From Clostridiales bacterium (GTDB lineage: Bacteria > Bacillota > Clostridia > Monoglobales > WRBX01), in assembly GCA_031263785.1 (NCBI GenBank), contig JAISFC010000023.1, positions 20,679-84,678 of the forward strand: a stretch of 64,000 bases of DNA. Reading direction: 5' to 3'. Under the pieces are notes generated by a model that worked only from the letters and a program-made list of their open reading frames with translations, was not told the DNA's origin and did not search any database. The position numbers and the translations under genes were made by a program. Position 1 is the first letter of the stretch. Each line of letters begins with the position of its first letter. Below are positions 1 to 9,853 of this stretch, piece after piece.

Positions 1-2426
1 GCGTGATTCATTCTGAACACCGACCGCCGCACGTCCCGCATTCCTATCGCGTGGAATAATTCCGAAAGCGCCAGCACCGTGAACGCGTACGTCTGCCCCC
101 GTTCCAACGAACCGCCCGAGCCCCAAATAAACGCCAGCATCGTAATTATCCCTATAATTGCGCCATATCCCACCGTCAGCGCAATGCCTCCGCGGGCAAA
201 TAAATGCTCCTTGGGGTCACGCGGTTTGCGGCTCATAATTTGACTCGCCGCGTTTTTATCCGCCCCGAGCGCAAGCCCCGGCAGCGAGTCCGTAATCAAA
301 TTTACCCACAAAATTTGAGTGGCGCGCAGAGGCGCAGCCAGCCCGGAAAGAATCGCCGTCAGCATCGCCACAATCTCGCCAAAATTGGACGAAATCATGA
401 ACAAAACCGCTTTCCTTATATTTTCGTAAATCCCCCGCCCTTCTTCAATCGCCTTCTCAATGGTGGCGAAATTATCGTCGGTTAGCACCATATCCGCCGC
501 GCTTTTAGCGACGTCCGTGCCGGTTATGCCCATCGCCACCCCGATATCCGCGTTCTTGAGCGACGGCGCGTCGTTGACCCCGTCCCCCGTCATAGACACT
601 ATATTCCCATTGTTTTTCAACGCCTTGACAATCATCACCTTATGCTCCGGCGACACGCGCGCAAAGACGCACAGCCCGCCGATTCGCTCCGCAAGCTTGT
701 CAATCGCGGCTTCGCCCTCGCCGAACGCGTCAAGCTCCGACCCCTCCATGCACTGCTCAATCGTCTCCGCAATGCCCAATTCGTGCGCTATTGCAAACGC
801 CGTCTCCTTGTGGTCGCCCGTTATCATGACGGTTTTCACGCCCGCTTTTTTGAAAATCCGCACCGCGTTCGCCGCCTCAGGACGTGGAGGGTCCATCATG
901 CCCATAAGCCCCACAAATATAAGCTTATCCTCGGCTAATTCCTCGCCCTTCTCATACTCGCGCCGCGCCAACGCAAGCACCCGCAACGCCGACTGCGCCA
1001 TCTCCCCCGTAGCCCCGTGGATGCTTGCCAAATCCGCCTTGTTTATCGCGCGAATGTCCTCGCCCTGAACCCGAATATGTGTGCACCTCTTAAGGATTTC
1101 ATCCGCCGCGCCCTTCGTGTACGCAACTCTGCCATTCTCCGTTTCGTGCAGGGTCGTCATCATTTTACGCACGGAATCAAACGCCTTTTCGCTTATCCGC
1201 GGATATTTTTCATCTAATTTAACCTTGTCCGTCTTCCATAATAATCCCAAATCCAAAAACGCCGTTTCGGTCGGGTCGCCAATCCGCGTGCCGTCATCGC
1301 TTATCACCGCGTCATTGCACAGCAAAAACCCTTGCAGAAGCTCCTCGTCAATCTCGTCATTTACGTCGCTGAGCACACCGTCGCCGCCACGAATTACGCT
1401 CTGTTTAACCACCGTCATCCTGTTTTGAGTGAGCGTACCCGTCTTGTCCGAACAAACTACCGTCACCGCCCCCAAAGTTTCCACCGCGGGCAGCCGCTTT
1501 ATAATGGTATTCACCTTCACCAGCCGCTGTACGCCCAAGGCGAGCACAATTGTAACTATCGCGGGCAGTCCTTCCGGCACCGCTGCGACCGCGAGCGAAA
1601 TAGCCGTTATCAACATCTCCGCTATCGGCTTATCGCGGATTATCGCTACCAAAAAAAGCAAGGCGCAAATCGCGACCGTCACGACCCCCAACAGCTTGCC
1701 GAGGTCCGCCAGCCGCTTTTGCAGGGGGGTCATCGTCTCGTCCGCTTCGTCTATCATTTTGGCGATTTTCCCTATTTCCGTCTTCATTCCCGTCGCGCAC
1801 ACGACGCCCTCGCCGCGCCCGTACGTCACCTGCGTGGTCATGTACGCCATGTTCGCCCTGTCGCCAAGCGGGAGATTTTCGCCTTTTGCCGCCGTAAATT
1901 GCGCGTCCTTTTCCACGGGAACGGATTCGCCCGTCAACGCCGACTCGTCCACTTTAAGATTAGACGTAAAAATCAGCCTCAAATCCGCGGGAATTTGCCG
2001 CCCCGCCTCCAGCACAACCACGTCGCCCGGCACCAGCTCCGGCGCGGATATTTCCTGCACCACGCCCGCGCGCCTCACCAAACAAACGGGCACGGTCAGC
2101 CGTTTTAACGCCTCCAACGCCGCCTGCGCCTTGCCCTCCTGCACCACGCCTATTATCGCGTTGATGAGGATAACCGCCAAAATTATCATGCTGTCGCTGA
2201 TTTCGTTTAAAAAAATGCAGACCGCCATCGCCGCAAGCAGGATGTATATCATCGGCTCGTTTAATTGCGCGATAAACATCTGGAAATACGTCTTAGGTTT
2301 TTTCTGCTTGAGCTCATTCGCGCCGTACTTCTCCAGACGCTCCCCCGCCTCCACGACTGTCAGCCCGCTATTTATATCGGCTCCAAGCTCTTTTTCCGAT
2401 TCATCAATCGTCTTTTGCGAAAACAT
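1..2426 (-). CDS. Cation-transporting P-type ATPase (Ca2+/type II-like); 3' end runs off the window
   Basis: Absent from the ORF track because no stop lies in the window. Minus-strand translation from ATG 2426 reads MFSQKTIDESEKELGADINSGLTVVEAGERLEKYGANELKQKKPKTYFQMFIAQLNEPMIY. The phosphorylation motif CSDKTGTLTQN is encoded near 1430-1460, and ILWVNLITDSLPGLALG near 270-325. The plus-strand ORFs here are low-complexity antisense artefacts. Confidence 0.9.
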   Translation of the reverse strand, partial: MFSQKTIDESEKELGADINSGLTVVEAGERLEKYGANELKQKKPKTYFQMFIAQLNEPMIYILLAAMAVCIFLNEISDSMIILAVILINAIIGVVQEGKAQAALEALKRLTVPVCLVRRAGVVQEISAPELVPGDVVVLEAGRQIPADLRLIFTSNLKVDESALTGESVPVEKDAQFTAAKGENLPLGDRANMAYMTTQVTYGRGEGVVCATGMKTEIGKIAKMIDEADETMTPLQKRLADLGKLLGVVTVAICALLFLVAIIRDKPIAEMLITAISLAVAAVPEGLPAIVTIVLALGVQRLVKVNTIIKRLPAVETLGAVTVVCSDKTGTLTQNRMTVVKQSVIRGGDGVLSDVNDEIDEELLQGFLLCNDAVISDDGTRIGDPTETAFLDLGLLWKTDKVKLDEKYPRISEKAFDSVRKMMTTLHETENGRVAYTKGAADEILKRCTHIRVQGEDIRAINKADLASIHGATGEMAQSALRVLALARREYEKGEELAEDKLIFVGLMGMMDPPRPEAANAVRIFKKAGVKTVMITGDHKETAFAIAHELGIAETIEQCMEGSELDAFGEGEAAIDKLAERIGGLCVFARVSPEHKVMIVKALKNNGNIVSMTGDGVNDAPSLKNADIGVAMGITGTDVAKSAADMVLTDDNFATIEKAIEEGRGIYENIRKAVLFMISSNFGEIVAMLTAILSGLAAPLRATQILWVNLITDSLPGLALGADKNAASQIMSRKPRDPKEHLFARGGIALTVGYGAIIGIITMLAFIWGSGGSLERGQTYAFTVLALSELFHAIGMRDVRRSVFRMNH

Positions 2427-2474
2427 CAATATCCGCCCCTTCGGTAGATATTGTATCCCATTTTGCGGTTTTTG

Positions 2475-4082
2475 TCAATAGGCAACCGAATAATTTTCAA
2501 AAGTCCTGATGTTAAAATCCGCGAACTCACCCACTCGTGAATTCTGTATAATATAGGCGGCGTCCATGTCCGCCTCGGCGGGGAAAATCGTGCTGAATTT
2601 GCCGTATGTTATCACGGGTCTGAACTCCGCGTCAGGGTGGGAATACACAACCGTATCCGCGAATTCATGCGGATTCATCTGCGAAAAGAACAACACCAGC
2701 GTATAATTCCCGTCTTTCACATATATTTTGTCGGTATCCAGCGCGTCAGCGAACTTCACCGCGTCGCCGAATCCGTCATAAAACTGCCTAGCGATTCGCC
2801 CCCCGTACTCTCCGCCGAAATACCGCACATTAAACGCAATAAACCCTACCAAAACCGCCGCGCATATCAAATATCCCGCTTTCCCCGCGACCCTCTCAGC
2901 TGTAAAGTAAATCCCTTCACAGATGAAATAAACTATCGGAATGTATATAAAATTTATGCGGTTTATATTTATGTTTATAATACTGCCCAAAATTACGGCG
3001 CAAGCCAGCCAAAGCGCCATTATAAGCGAGTGACCGCGGCGGCGCGCGACCGCCCAAATCCCGATCGGGAGAAATGGCGTGAGGAAAATATACGTGGTGC
3101 CGATTGACTCGATGGAATTCCAAATAAGCCCGTCATTCTGCGTAATTATGAGCTTTATAAGATTGTAAAAATTTTGAGCGACGGAATCAAGCATCACCGT
3201 GCTTCGGAATGTCGTGAGCCGCGGAACGGTGAAAAGCGGCGTTGCAATTTCGCCGAGCTTAAAAATATTGACGATATAAAACAAGATTATAGGCACGGAA
3301 ATTATTGCGAAGACGCCCGCCGCACACAATATACGGCGCAGGGGAATCGTCTTTTTCCATAGCAAGAATACCGCCAAACACAGCACAAACAGGGGCATAA
3401 TAAGGCACACCGTCGCGTATGAGTACATCGAAAGCGCCAGAACCGCCGCCGCCGCGCATAACGAGAGAGTGTTTTTATTTTGCAGCGCGACCACGATTAA
3501 GTAGACCGCAATGAGGAAAACGCCGGGTAACGCGTTAGATTCCAGCGCCCAACGTGAAATCATTATATGCCATGGGCAAATCGCCAACATAAACATTGCC
3601 GTCAGCGATTTTACGGCTTTATCGCGGGCTGTTTCGCTTGCCGAAAGGCGTTTGACCAAAAAGTACAGGACAATCGGCGAGGACACTCCCAGCAGCAAGC
3701 TGCCCAATCTCGCGGTGAACACGCTAAGCCCGAAAATCCGCACAAACACGGCGGTAATATACATCAGCAGCACATTTTGACCGCTGCCCCAGCTTATCGC
3801 GTAGACCGGCATGTGCGTACCGTTGCGGTCGATGCCGAAAAATGCCGTCGCCCACGCGTCGTATCCCATCGACGCCTCGTCCTGATTTAGCCCGCCGGGA
3901 ACTTCCAAAAAAGCGATAACTCTCACCAAAATCGTTAGCGCGGCGATTGCCCAAAATAGAATTTTTTCATGGCGGACGTACCACGGATTTTCCGCCATCA
4001 CGCGGCGCGGCAAAAAAAAGGCAATAATCACCAATGTCGACATAAAAATAGCCGCTATAATGTTAAACATTTGCATGTTCAT
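2475..4082 (-). CDS. Polytopic GT-C fold glycosyltransferase (ArnT/PMT, family 39/83-like)
   Basis: 535 aa with many TM helices. The first extracytoplasmic loop carries GGLNQDEASMGYDAW, a DE motif typical of ArnT/PMT_2 enzymes. It overlaps the upstream GH31 gene by 4 nt. Confidence 0.6.
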   Translation of the reverse strand: MNMQMFNIIAAIFMSTLVIIAFFLPRRVMAENPWYVRHEKILFWAIAALTILVRVIAFLEVPGGLNQDEASMGYDAWATAFFGIDRNGTHMPVYAISWGSGQNVLLMYITAVFVRIFGLSVFTARLGSLLLGVSSPIVLYFLVKRLSASETARDKAVKSLTAMFMLAICPWHIMISRWALESNALPGVFLIAVYLIVVALQNKNTLSLCAAAAVLALSMYSYATVCLIMPLFVLCLAVFLLWKKTIPLRRILCAAGVFAIISVPIILFYIVNIFKLGEIATPLFTVPRLTTFRSTVMLDSVAQNFYNLIKLIITQNDGLIWNSIESIGTTYIFLTPFLPIGIWAVARRRGHSLIMALWLACAVILGSIINININRINFIYIPIVYFICEGIYFTAERVAGKAGYLICAAVLVGFIAFNVRYFGGEYGGRIARQFYDGFGDAVKFADALDTDKIYVKDGNYTLVLFFSQMNPHEFADTVVYSHPDAEFRPVITYGKFSTIFPAEADMDAAYIIQNSRVGEFADFNIRTFENYSVAY

Positions 4083-5572
4083 TCAGCCCTTTCATATATC
4101 GGTATCGTATCTAATTCAGCAGGAGTAACGACGAATTCACCCTTGCTGTTCGCAATTTCATTCGTCCAAAAATTCCGCCATTTTCCCGCGGGGAGGTAAA
4201 CATTTTGAACGCGCTGCTCGGGGAAAATCACGGGCGCAACTAAATATTTTCTGCCGAACATATATTGATGGCTTAACCCCCAAACCCGCTCATCATGCGG
4301 AAAATCCAATGCCATCGCCCGCATGAGCGGCAAGCCCGTCCTGCAACTCTCCGCGAGCTCTTCCTTTATATAGTCCATCATCTCATATCTCAATTTTATG
4401 TATTTTACGGCGATTTTTTCGACCTCGTCCCCAAAACACCACGGCTCATGGCGGCGGCTGTCAATATCCGAGTGCGCCCTGAAAAACGGCATAAAAGAGC
4501 CCAATTGCATCCATCTGGCATACAATTCAGGCGTGGCGTCCTTGAAAAATCCGCCCGCGTCCGCGCCGCAAAACGAAATCCCGCAAATTCCTAAGTTTAA
4601 GCACATATAAATCGAAGCCGCCAAATCCGCCCAGCTGCTGGCATTATCGCCCGTCCATATCGCCGTATACCGCTGACTGCCCGCAAACGCCGCGCGCGAC
4701 AAAACGAACTCCGCCCCCGATTCCGCCGCCGCCCTCGCCACTCCCAAGGCGTACGCGTTATGGTGCTTCACAGGCGCGGTTTTCTCCTTTCGGACAAGGT
4801 CCGCGGGCTCGTTCATATCATTCCAAATGCCCGCCACCCCAAAGTCGAGAAGGTTCTCCTTAATCTGTTTTGCCCACCATTGGCGGGTTTTAGCGTCCTC
4901 AAAATCGGGGTACGCCACGCGCCCTGCCCACGCATTGCCACGCGCCGCAATTTTCGGAATTTCACGCGCGTACCGTGCCGGAATGTTCGGGTCGATTACC
5001 GCAACCACTTTAACGCCCATTTCATCAAGCTTTTTAATCATCGCGGCGGGGTTCGGGAAACGTTTTTTATCCCACGAGAAAACCCGATATTTCTTCATAT
5101 AATGTATATCCAAATACACCGCGGACAGCGGAATTTCGCGCGCACGGAACCCCTCGACAACCTCAAGAACTTCCGCCTCCGTTTGGTAACTATAGCGGCT
5201 CTGCGCAAATCCCAACGCCCAATCCGGCGGCATTTTCATACGCCCCGTAACAGCGGTGTACTGCTCAATTATTTCGCTCAAACTGCCGTGAAAATGCCGT
5301 ATATCCAGCTCATCCGCGCCGGAGCGCTCAACGCTCCACTCCCCCTGCCCACGGGAATCCAAATCAAAAATCAGTTTCTCCGCCGAGTTTATGAAGTATC
5401 CGTCGAAATCCCCTCCGACCCCCGTAATCACCAGCGGAATTGCGCGATAATATGGGTATTCATCGCGGTTCATGAGCGTTATCACCTGCCCGCGCTTGTT
5501 TATGAACTCACCCATATCACCCAGCCCTAATATTCTGGTTTGCGGCGTTATTTTATAGCTTTTTTTCATCAC
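4079..5572 (-). CDS. Glycoside hydrolase family 31 (alpha-glucosidase/alpha-xylosidase-like)
   Basis: The GH31 nucleophile signature GIWNDMNEP is present, and overall length and layout fit GH31. Confidence 0.85.
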   Translation of the reverse strand: MMKKSYKITPQTRILGLGDMGEFINKRGQVITLMNRDEYPYYRAIPLVITGVGGDFDGYFINSAEKLIFDLDSRGQGEWSVERSGADELDIRHFHGSLSEIIEQYTAVTGRMKMPPDWALGFAQSRYSYQTEAEVLEVVEGFRAREIPLSAVYLDIHYMKKYRVFSWDKKRFPNPAAMIKKLDEMGVKVVAVIDPNIPARYAREIPKIAARGNAWAGRVAYPDFEDAKTRQWWAKQIKENLLDFGVAGIWNDMNEPADLVRKEKTAPVKHHNAYALGVARAAAESGAEFVLSRAAFAGSQRYTAIWTGDNASSWADLAASIYMCLNLGICGISFCGADAGGFFKDATPELYARWMQLGSFMPFFRAHSDIDSRRHEPWCFGDEVEKIAVKYIKLRYEMMDYIKEELAESCRTGLPLMRAMALDFPHDERVWGLSHQYMFGRKYLVAPVIFPEQRVQNVYLPAGKWRNFWTNEIANSKGEFVVTPAELDTIPIYERAE

Positions 5573-5625
5573 GCAGCCCTTCCATTCCTAAACCCGTAAA
5601 ATCCCCCATATACAAGCGTTTTCTT

Positions 5626-6984
5626 TCATTTTCCAATGCAAAACTTTGAAAATATTTCTTCTATAATTTTTTCGCTGACGTTTTCGCCTATTATTTCACC
5701 CAGCGCCGCAATTGCTCCCTCAATTTCGCTTAAAACCGCGTCAGGCGGCACATTTTCCTTATTCACATCGCTCAAAATTGCAATGGCGCGTTCCACCTGC
5801 TGTTTTTGGCGCGAATTTGAAATAATCGGCTGTTTAAGCAGATTTTCATCGCCTCCGCACACTTTAGCAATTTCGGCATACAACTCGTCCATGCCCGTGC
5901 CGTTTTTCGCGGAAATGTGCAGTATCACATCATTTTCCACAGACCGCGGCAAATTCAATATCTGCTCCTTATCGCTCTTGTTCACGGCTATAATCCGCTT
6001 TTTCCCCGCAGTTTCACGCAAAATCCGTTCATCCTCCGCGTTGAGCGAACGCGAACCGTCCAGCACCACAATCACCAATTCCGCCCGTTTTATCTGCTCC
6101 TGTGCGTGAGAAATCCCTATTTTTTCAATATGGTCATCAGTCGGGCGAATCCCCGCCGTGTCCGCAAAATTCACTAAATTACCGAGAATATTCGCCTGTT
6201 CCCGTAGAACGTCACGGGTCGTCCCCGCCACATCCGTCACAATCGCCCGTTCCTGCCCCAAAATCGAGTTCAGCAGCGAGCTTTTGCCCACGTTCGGCGC
6301 GCCCGCAATCGTAGCATTAAGCCCTTCCTGCAAAATAATCCCAATATTAGACGTCTTTTTGAGCTTCTCCAGCCCCGACGACGCCCCGCGAAGCCCTTCC
6401 GCTAACCTCACACGCGGAATATCGGCATTATCATCGCTAAAATTCATATCCGCCAGTAGCTCCGCCGCAAGCTCTATCAACTGCCCGCGAATCCTTCTTA
6501 TTTCACCCGCAAGGCTATCCCTCACAAGGTCATTTGCCGCCGCTTCCAGCGCATTTTCCGTCTTTGCATGGACGATATTCCCAATCGCTTCCGCCTGTGT
6601 AAGGTTTACGCGTCCGCTCAAAAAAGCGCGGTGAGTAAACTCCCCCGCCATCGCCTGAACCGCACCCGCCGCAAACAGCTGATTCATCACCATTTTCCCC
6701 ACCACGCCGCCACCGTGACAGTGTAGCTCCACGACATCCTCGCCGGTGAAGCTATTAGGTGCGCAAAACACAACCACCAGCGCATCATCAATAAATCGGC
6801 TGTTATCCCCGAAAAAATGCACCTTAGTCCGTTCCATATAACGCGGCGGTAGCTCCCTAACATTGGCGTCACAAATTGAATTTGCCGCCTCAATCGCCCG
6901 CAAACCGCTAACTCTAATCACACAAACGCCTCCCACCCCTCGCGGAGTGGAAATAGCGCAAATAGTATCATTTATGTTGTTCAT
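5626..6984 (-). CDS. mnmE: tRNA modification GTPase MnmE (TrmE)
   Basis: N-terminus MNNINDTICAISTPRGVGGVCVIRVSG, G-domain GAPNVGKSSLLN and DTAG, and the C-terminal FCIGK tetrapeptide. I chose the internal ATG at 6984 (codon 39 of the 5626..7098 ORF) because it gives the canonical N-terminus and removes the overlap with the upstream gene. Confidence 0.92.
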   Translation of the reverse strand: MNNINDTICAISTPRGVGGVCVIRVSGLRAIEAANSICDANVRELPPRYMERTKVHFFGDNSRFIDDALVVVFCAPNSFTGEDVVELHCHGGGVVGKMVMNQLFAAGAVQAMAGEFTHRAFLSGRVNLTQAEAIGNIVHAKTENALEAAANDLVRDSLAGEIRRIRGQLIELAAELLADMNFSDDNADIPRVRLAEGLRGASSGLEKLKKTSNIGIILQEGLNATIAGAPNVGKSSLLNSILGQERAIVTDVAGTTRDVLREQANILGNLVNFADTAGIRPTDDHIEKIGISHAQEQIKRAELVIVVLDGSRSLNAEDERILRETAGKKRIIAVNKSDKEQILNLPRSVENDVILHISAKNGTGMDELYAEIAKVCGGDENLLKQPIISNSRQKQQVERAIAILSDVNKENVPPDAVLSEIEGAIAALGEIIGENVSEKIIEEIFSKFCIGK

Positions 6985-6985
6985 G

Positions 6986-7648
6986 CTACTCGATGTACAC
7001 CTGCACGGTACGCCGCCCGAACGCCAACGCCTCGGAGTGCGTATTAAAGCACAAATCGACCTTATTGCCGCGGATTGCGCCGCCCGTGTCAGCCGCAACC
7101 GCCGCCCCGTAGACGTAGCCGCCGCCGTCCGTTTCCACGTAAACGCGCGACCCCAGTGGAATAACCTTCGGGTCTACCGCTATTACGCCCCGTTGAGCCA
7201 CCGCCCCCGTAGCCGTCCTGCCGTTGCCCGAGCCCGTACAAATCGTACAAGCGCAATATGCCGTCGCCGTCGCGGTTATCACCTTAGAATAACGCGTCAC
7301 ATCACCGCGCCCCGCAAGGACAATCCTCTCCGTCGGACGCGGCGCTTCCGGCTTCTCCGTCGGTTTTACGGTCGCTTTCGGCTTAGGCGTCGGAGTTTGC
7401 TCAATTTCTACCTCTTCCTCCGCCAAAATCGGCTCCGCCTCCAGCGCAATGGTTTCCGTTATTTCGGGGTTATTCTGCACAATTTCTTCCGCAGGCTGCA
7501 ACCCGTAAACCCCCGTCGCGCTCACCGCCGTCAAACCTATCGCCGCCAACATACCGCATATCAAAACATTTACTCTGTCATTTTTAAAGCTCATTTTTGC
7601 GAGTATTTTCTTAATTTGCTCTAAGAACATAGGAACACTCCTTTTCAA
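6986..7648 (-). CDS. 3D-domain (RlpA/MltA-like double-psi barrel) secreted protein
   Basis: N-terminal signal anchor and a Pro/Thr/Glu-rich linker. The C-terminus TATAYCACTICTGSGNGRTATG...VDPKVIPLGSRVYV...AADTGGAIRGNKVDLCF is typical of the 3D domain. Confidence 0.8.
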   Translation of the reverse strand: MKRSVPMFLEQIKKILAKMSFKNDRVNVLICGMLAAIGLTAVSATGVYGLQPAEEIVQNNPEITETIALEAEPILAEEEVEIEQTPTPKPKATVKPTEKPEAPRPTERIVLAGRGDVTRYSKVITATATAYCACTICTGSGNGRTATGAVAQRGVIAVDPKVIPLGSRVYVETDGGGYVYGAAVAADTGGAIRGNKVDLCFNTHSEALAFGRRTVQVYIE

Positions 7649-7794
7649 AAAACACTCTATATATCTTTATATCATATTTTTAAAAGTTTGTCAACACTTT
7701 TTTTGGGAATTTTTCCCAAAACTCCCTAAACAAGCGGAAAATTTCTTGTTGCATTTTTCGACTTAATGTGATACAATGCAATTAGGTGAGGTTG

Positions 7795-9519
7795 ATGTTG
7801 AAAAAACTGTGTACCGTAGTGATTCTAATAATTACCATAAATGTCGGCTCCGTGAAAGCCGCTGTTTTTAGCGATATTTCGCTGTACGCATGGGCAGCGG
7901 AAGCGATTGAGCGCCTTGCGGACGCGAGAATTATGTTGGGCACGGGCAGTCAAAGCTTCAGCCCCGAACGCCCCATCACACGCGCTGAATATATCGTTAC
8001 TATGATGCGCATAATCGGCGAAAATAACACGTCGGCAAGCGATAATTTTCCGGATGTGCCTTCCGATTCCTACTATTATGAAGCGGTCGGCAAGGCAAAA
8101 GCCATGGGGCTGGTAAACGGGCGCGATGACGGCAATTTTGCCCCCGGGGAGCCGGTTTCGCGGCAGGACATGTTCGTCATGGCGGGGCGCACTCTGGAAA
8201 AAACCTCCCGCACTCTTTCAGCCGTGACAACCGCGATTTCTTTTGTCGACGAGCGCGATATTTCGGATTACGCAAAGCCCTACATATCTAAGCTTGCAAA
8301 TTACATAAGCGGCAATGACGAAGGCAAAATCAACCCGCGTGAAATAGCGACGCGCGCGGAAACGGCGGTATTTGTCGATAGATTGCGTCCTCAATTTACC
8401 GATTCTCCCGCGCCGGCGCCCACCGCGGCGCCTACCGTCGCACCCACTATCGCTCCGATTGAAAGCGGCACCGCTATTTTAGGCAAATCAGCGGCAACTT
8501 TGGAGCAAGCTAAGGCGTGGGCGGCAAACAACGGCGCAAGCCAAAAATATATTGATGCGGCGGAAATATATTGGAAATACGGTGATTTGACCGGGATTCG
8601 CCCCGATGTTTTATACGCGCAGGCGGCTAAAGAAACGCGCTACGGCAATTTTGGCGGGCGGGTTACTATAGAAATGAACAATTGGGCGGGCATCAAAACC
8701 GCCGATGCCACGGGGGATGAGCCCGGCGACCACGAGTCTTTCCCCACCTCGGATGATGGCATTCGTGCACATTTTAACCACGTTGGCGCATATATTGGCA
8801 TTGCGCCGATAGGTACGCCTCACGCGCGTTATCACGTTGTTGCCGCTATTTCTTGGGCGGGCAGCATTCGTTTCGTTGAGGAATTCGGCGGGCGTTGGGC
8901 TCCCGAAATAAGCTACGGAACAAGCATCGTCAGCGGATATCTCAACGATATGGTGAATTTCAGCGTCCCGCAGCCCCCCGCACCTATTGATAAATCCAAA
9001 AAAGTGGTGTATTTAAGCCCTTCTAACCAATATCTCAACTTGTACTCGTGGGGTATGACTAATGAAGGCGAACAGATGATTATGCTTGGCGACATCCTCA
9101 AAAACGAGCTTACTTCCATGGGTTTTAACGTTGTCGTCGCCAATCCGTCCTCCACATTTGAGGAGCGCGCTGCCGAAGCCGTAAGTTGCGGGGCATTTTG
9201 CTACGTTGCCCTTCACACCAATGCCGCAAATAAATCCGTCACGGGCACGGAAATTTATTACCGTCAGGACAGCGACGAGAGTTATAATTTGGCGTCCTTC
9301 CTGTATGGCAAGGTTGCGCCCTTTACACCGTCGAACGACCGCGGTTTGAAAAACGGTACGGCGGCAAAACTCCTTGAAATAAGGCTTCCCAACACTCCGA
9401 ATTGCTTGATTGAAATTGATTTTCACGACGTCGCTCCCATGGCGCAGTGGCTGGTTGAGCATAAAACCGAAATAGCCCACCTGCTCGCCGAAGGAATTGC
9501 GGAATATTGGTCTAATTAG
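7795..9519 (+). CDS. SLH-anchored bifunctional peptidoglycan hydrolase (glucosaminidase domain plus Amidase_3-like N-acetylmuramoyl-L-alanine amidase)
   Basis: Signal peptide, then SLH repeats (FSDISLYAWAAEAIERLA.., FPDVPSDSYYYEAVGKAKAMGLVNG..). The middle domain LYAQAAKETRYGNFGG...NNWAGIK is glucosaminidase-like. The C-terminus VVYLSPSNQ...ALHTNA...TEIYY...EIDFHD is amidase-like. ATG 7795 follows AGGTGAGG; the track's GTG 7786 is the alternative start. Confidence 0.8.
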   Translation: MLKKLCTVVILIITINVGSVKAAVFSDISLYAWAAEAIERLADARIMLGTGSQSFSPERPITRAEYIVTMMRIIGENNTSASDNFPDVPSDSYYYEAVGKAKAMGLVNGRDDGNFAPGEPVSRQDMFVMAGRTLEKTSRTLSAVTTAISFVDERDISDYAKPYISKLANYISGNDEGKINPREIATRAETAVFVDRLRPQFTDSPAPAPTAAPTVAPTIAPIESGTAILGKSAATLEQAKAWAANNGASQKYIDAAEIYWKYGDLTGIRPDVLYAQAAKETRYGNFGGRVTIEMNNWAGIKTADATGDEPGDHESFPTSDDGIRAHFNHVGAYIGIAPIGTPHARYHVVAAISWAGSIRFVEEFGGRWAPEISYGTSIVSGYLNDMVNFSVPQPPAPIDKSKKVVYLSPSNQYLNLYSWGMTNEGEQMIMLGDILKNELTSMGFNVVVANPSSTFEERAAEAVSCGAFCYVALHTNAANKSVTGTEIYYRQDSDESYNLASFLYGKVAPFTPSNDRGLKNGTAAKLLEIRLPNTPNCLIEIDFHDVAPMAQWLVEHKTEIAHLLAEGIAEYWSN

Positions 9520-9615
9520 CCTTTAACCATGACCGCGAAAACTTTTGGAGATGTCCTTTCATCCCATAAATTGTTACGAAATTATTACAACATAGATTTT
9601 TTTTTGCTAAACCAC

Positions 9616-9644
9616 TTGACATAATTGCGAAAATATGCTATAAT
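9616..9644 (+). promoter_or_regulatory. Consensus sigma-A type promoter (TTGACA-17-TATAAT) for the small ORF/holB/ricT operon
   Basis: TTGACA at 9616-9621, an exact 17-nt spacer, and TATAAT at 9639-9644. Confidence 0.7.
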
Positions 9645-9682
9645 ATAATTAACAAAGGTGATTATCTAAGGGGGAATTTAAA

Positions 9683-9853
9683 ATGTGCGGAGTAAGAGAT
9701 AACATATTGGTGAATGGGGCTCTTGCCATGGGCAAATCATTTCGCAATAAATATCCTGAATCTTTGAAGAAAAACACACCCGGTGACGCGTTGTGCGCTT
9801 TTTGCGATGAATTTAACATGGAGCGCCGCATAACGCGCGATTTGTCCCGATAA
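9683..9853 (+). CDS. 56-codon Cys-containing ORF abutting holB (unknown function, or a detached holB N-terminus)
   Basis: Below the track's 60-aa cutoff. A strong SD (AAGGGGGA) sits 7 nt before the ATG. Translation: MCGVRDNILVNGALAMGKSFRNKYPESLKKNTPGDALCAFCDEFNMERRITRDLSR. Its TAA is immediately followed by the holB ATG. Confidence 0.4.
   Translation: MCGVRDNILVNGALAMGKSFRNKYPESLKKNTPGDALCAFCDEFNMERRITRDLSR

Noticed and set aside
204-2481. Plus-strand ORFs 204..485, 460..1068, 642..938, 1332..2108, 1429..2481 and others
   Set aside because: They have low-complexity Ser/Ala/Arg/Pro-rich translations lying antisense to a clearly motif-bearing P-type ATPase (DKTGT and others) on the minus strand. 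They are shadow ORFs.
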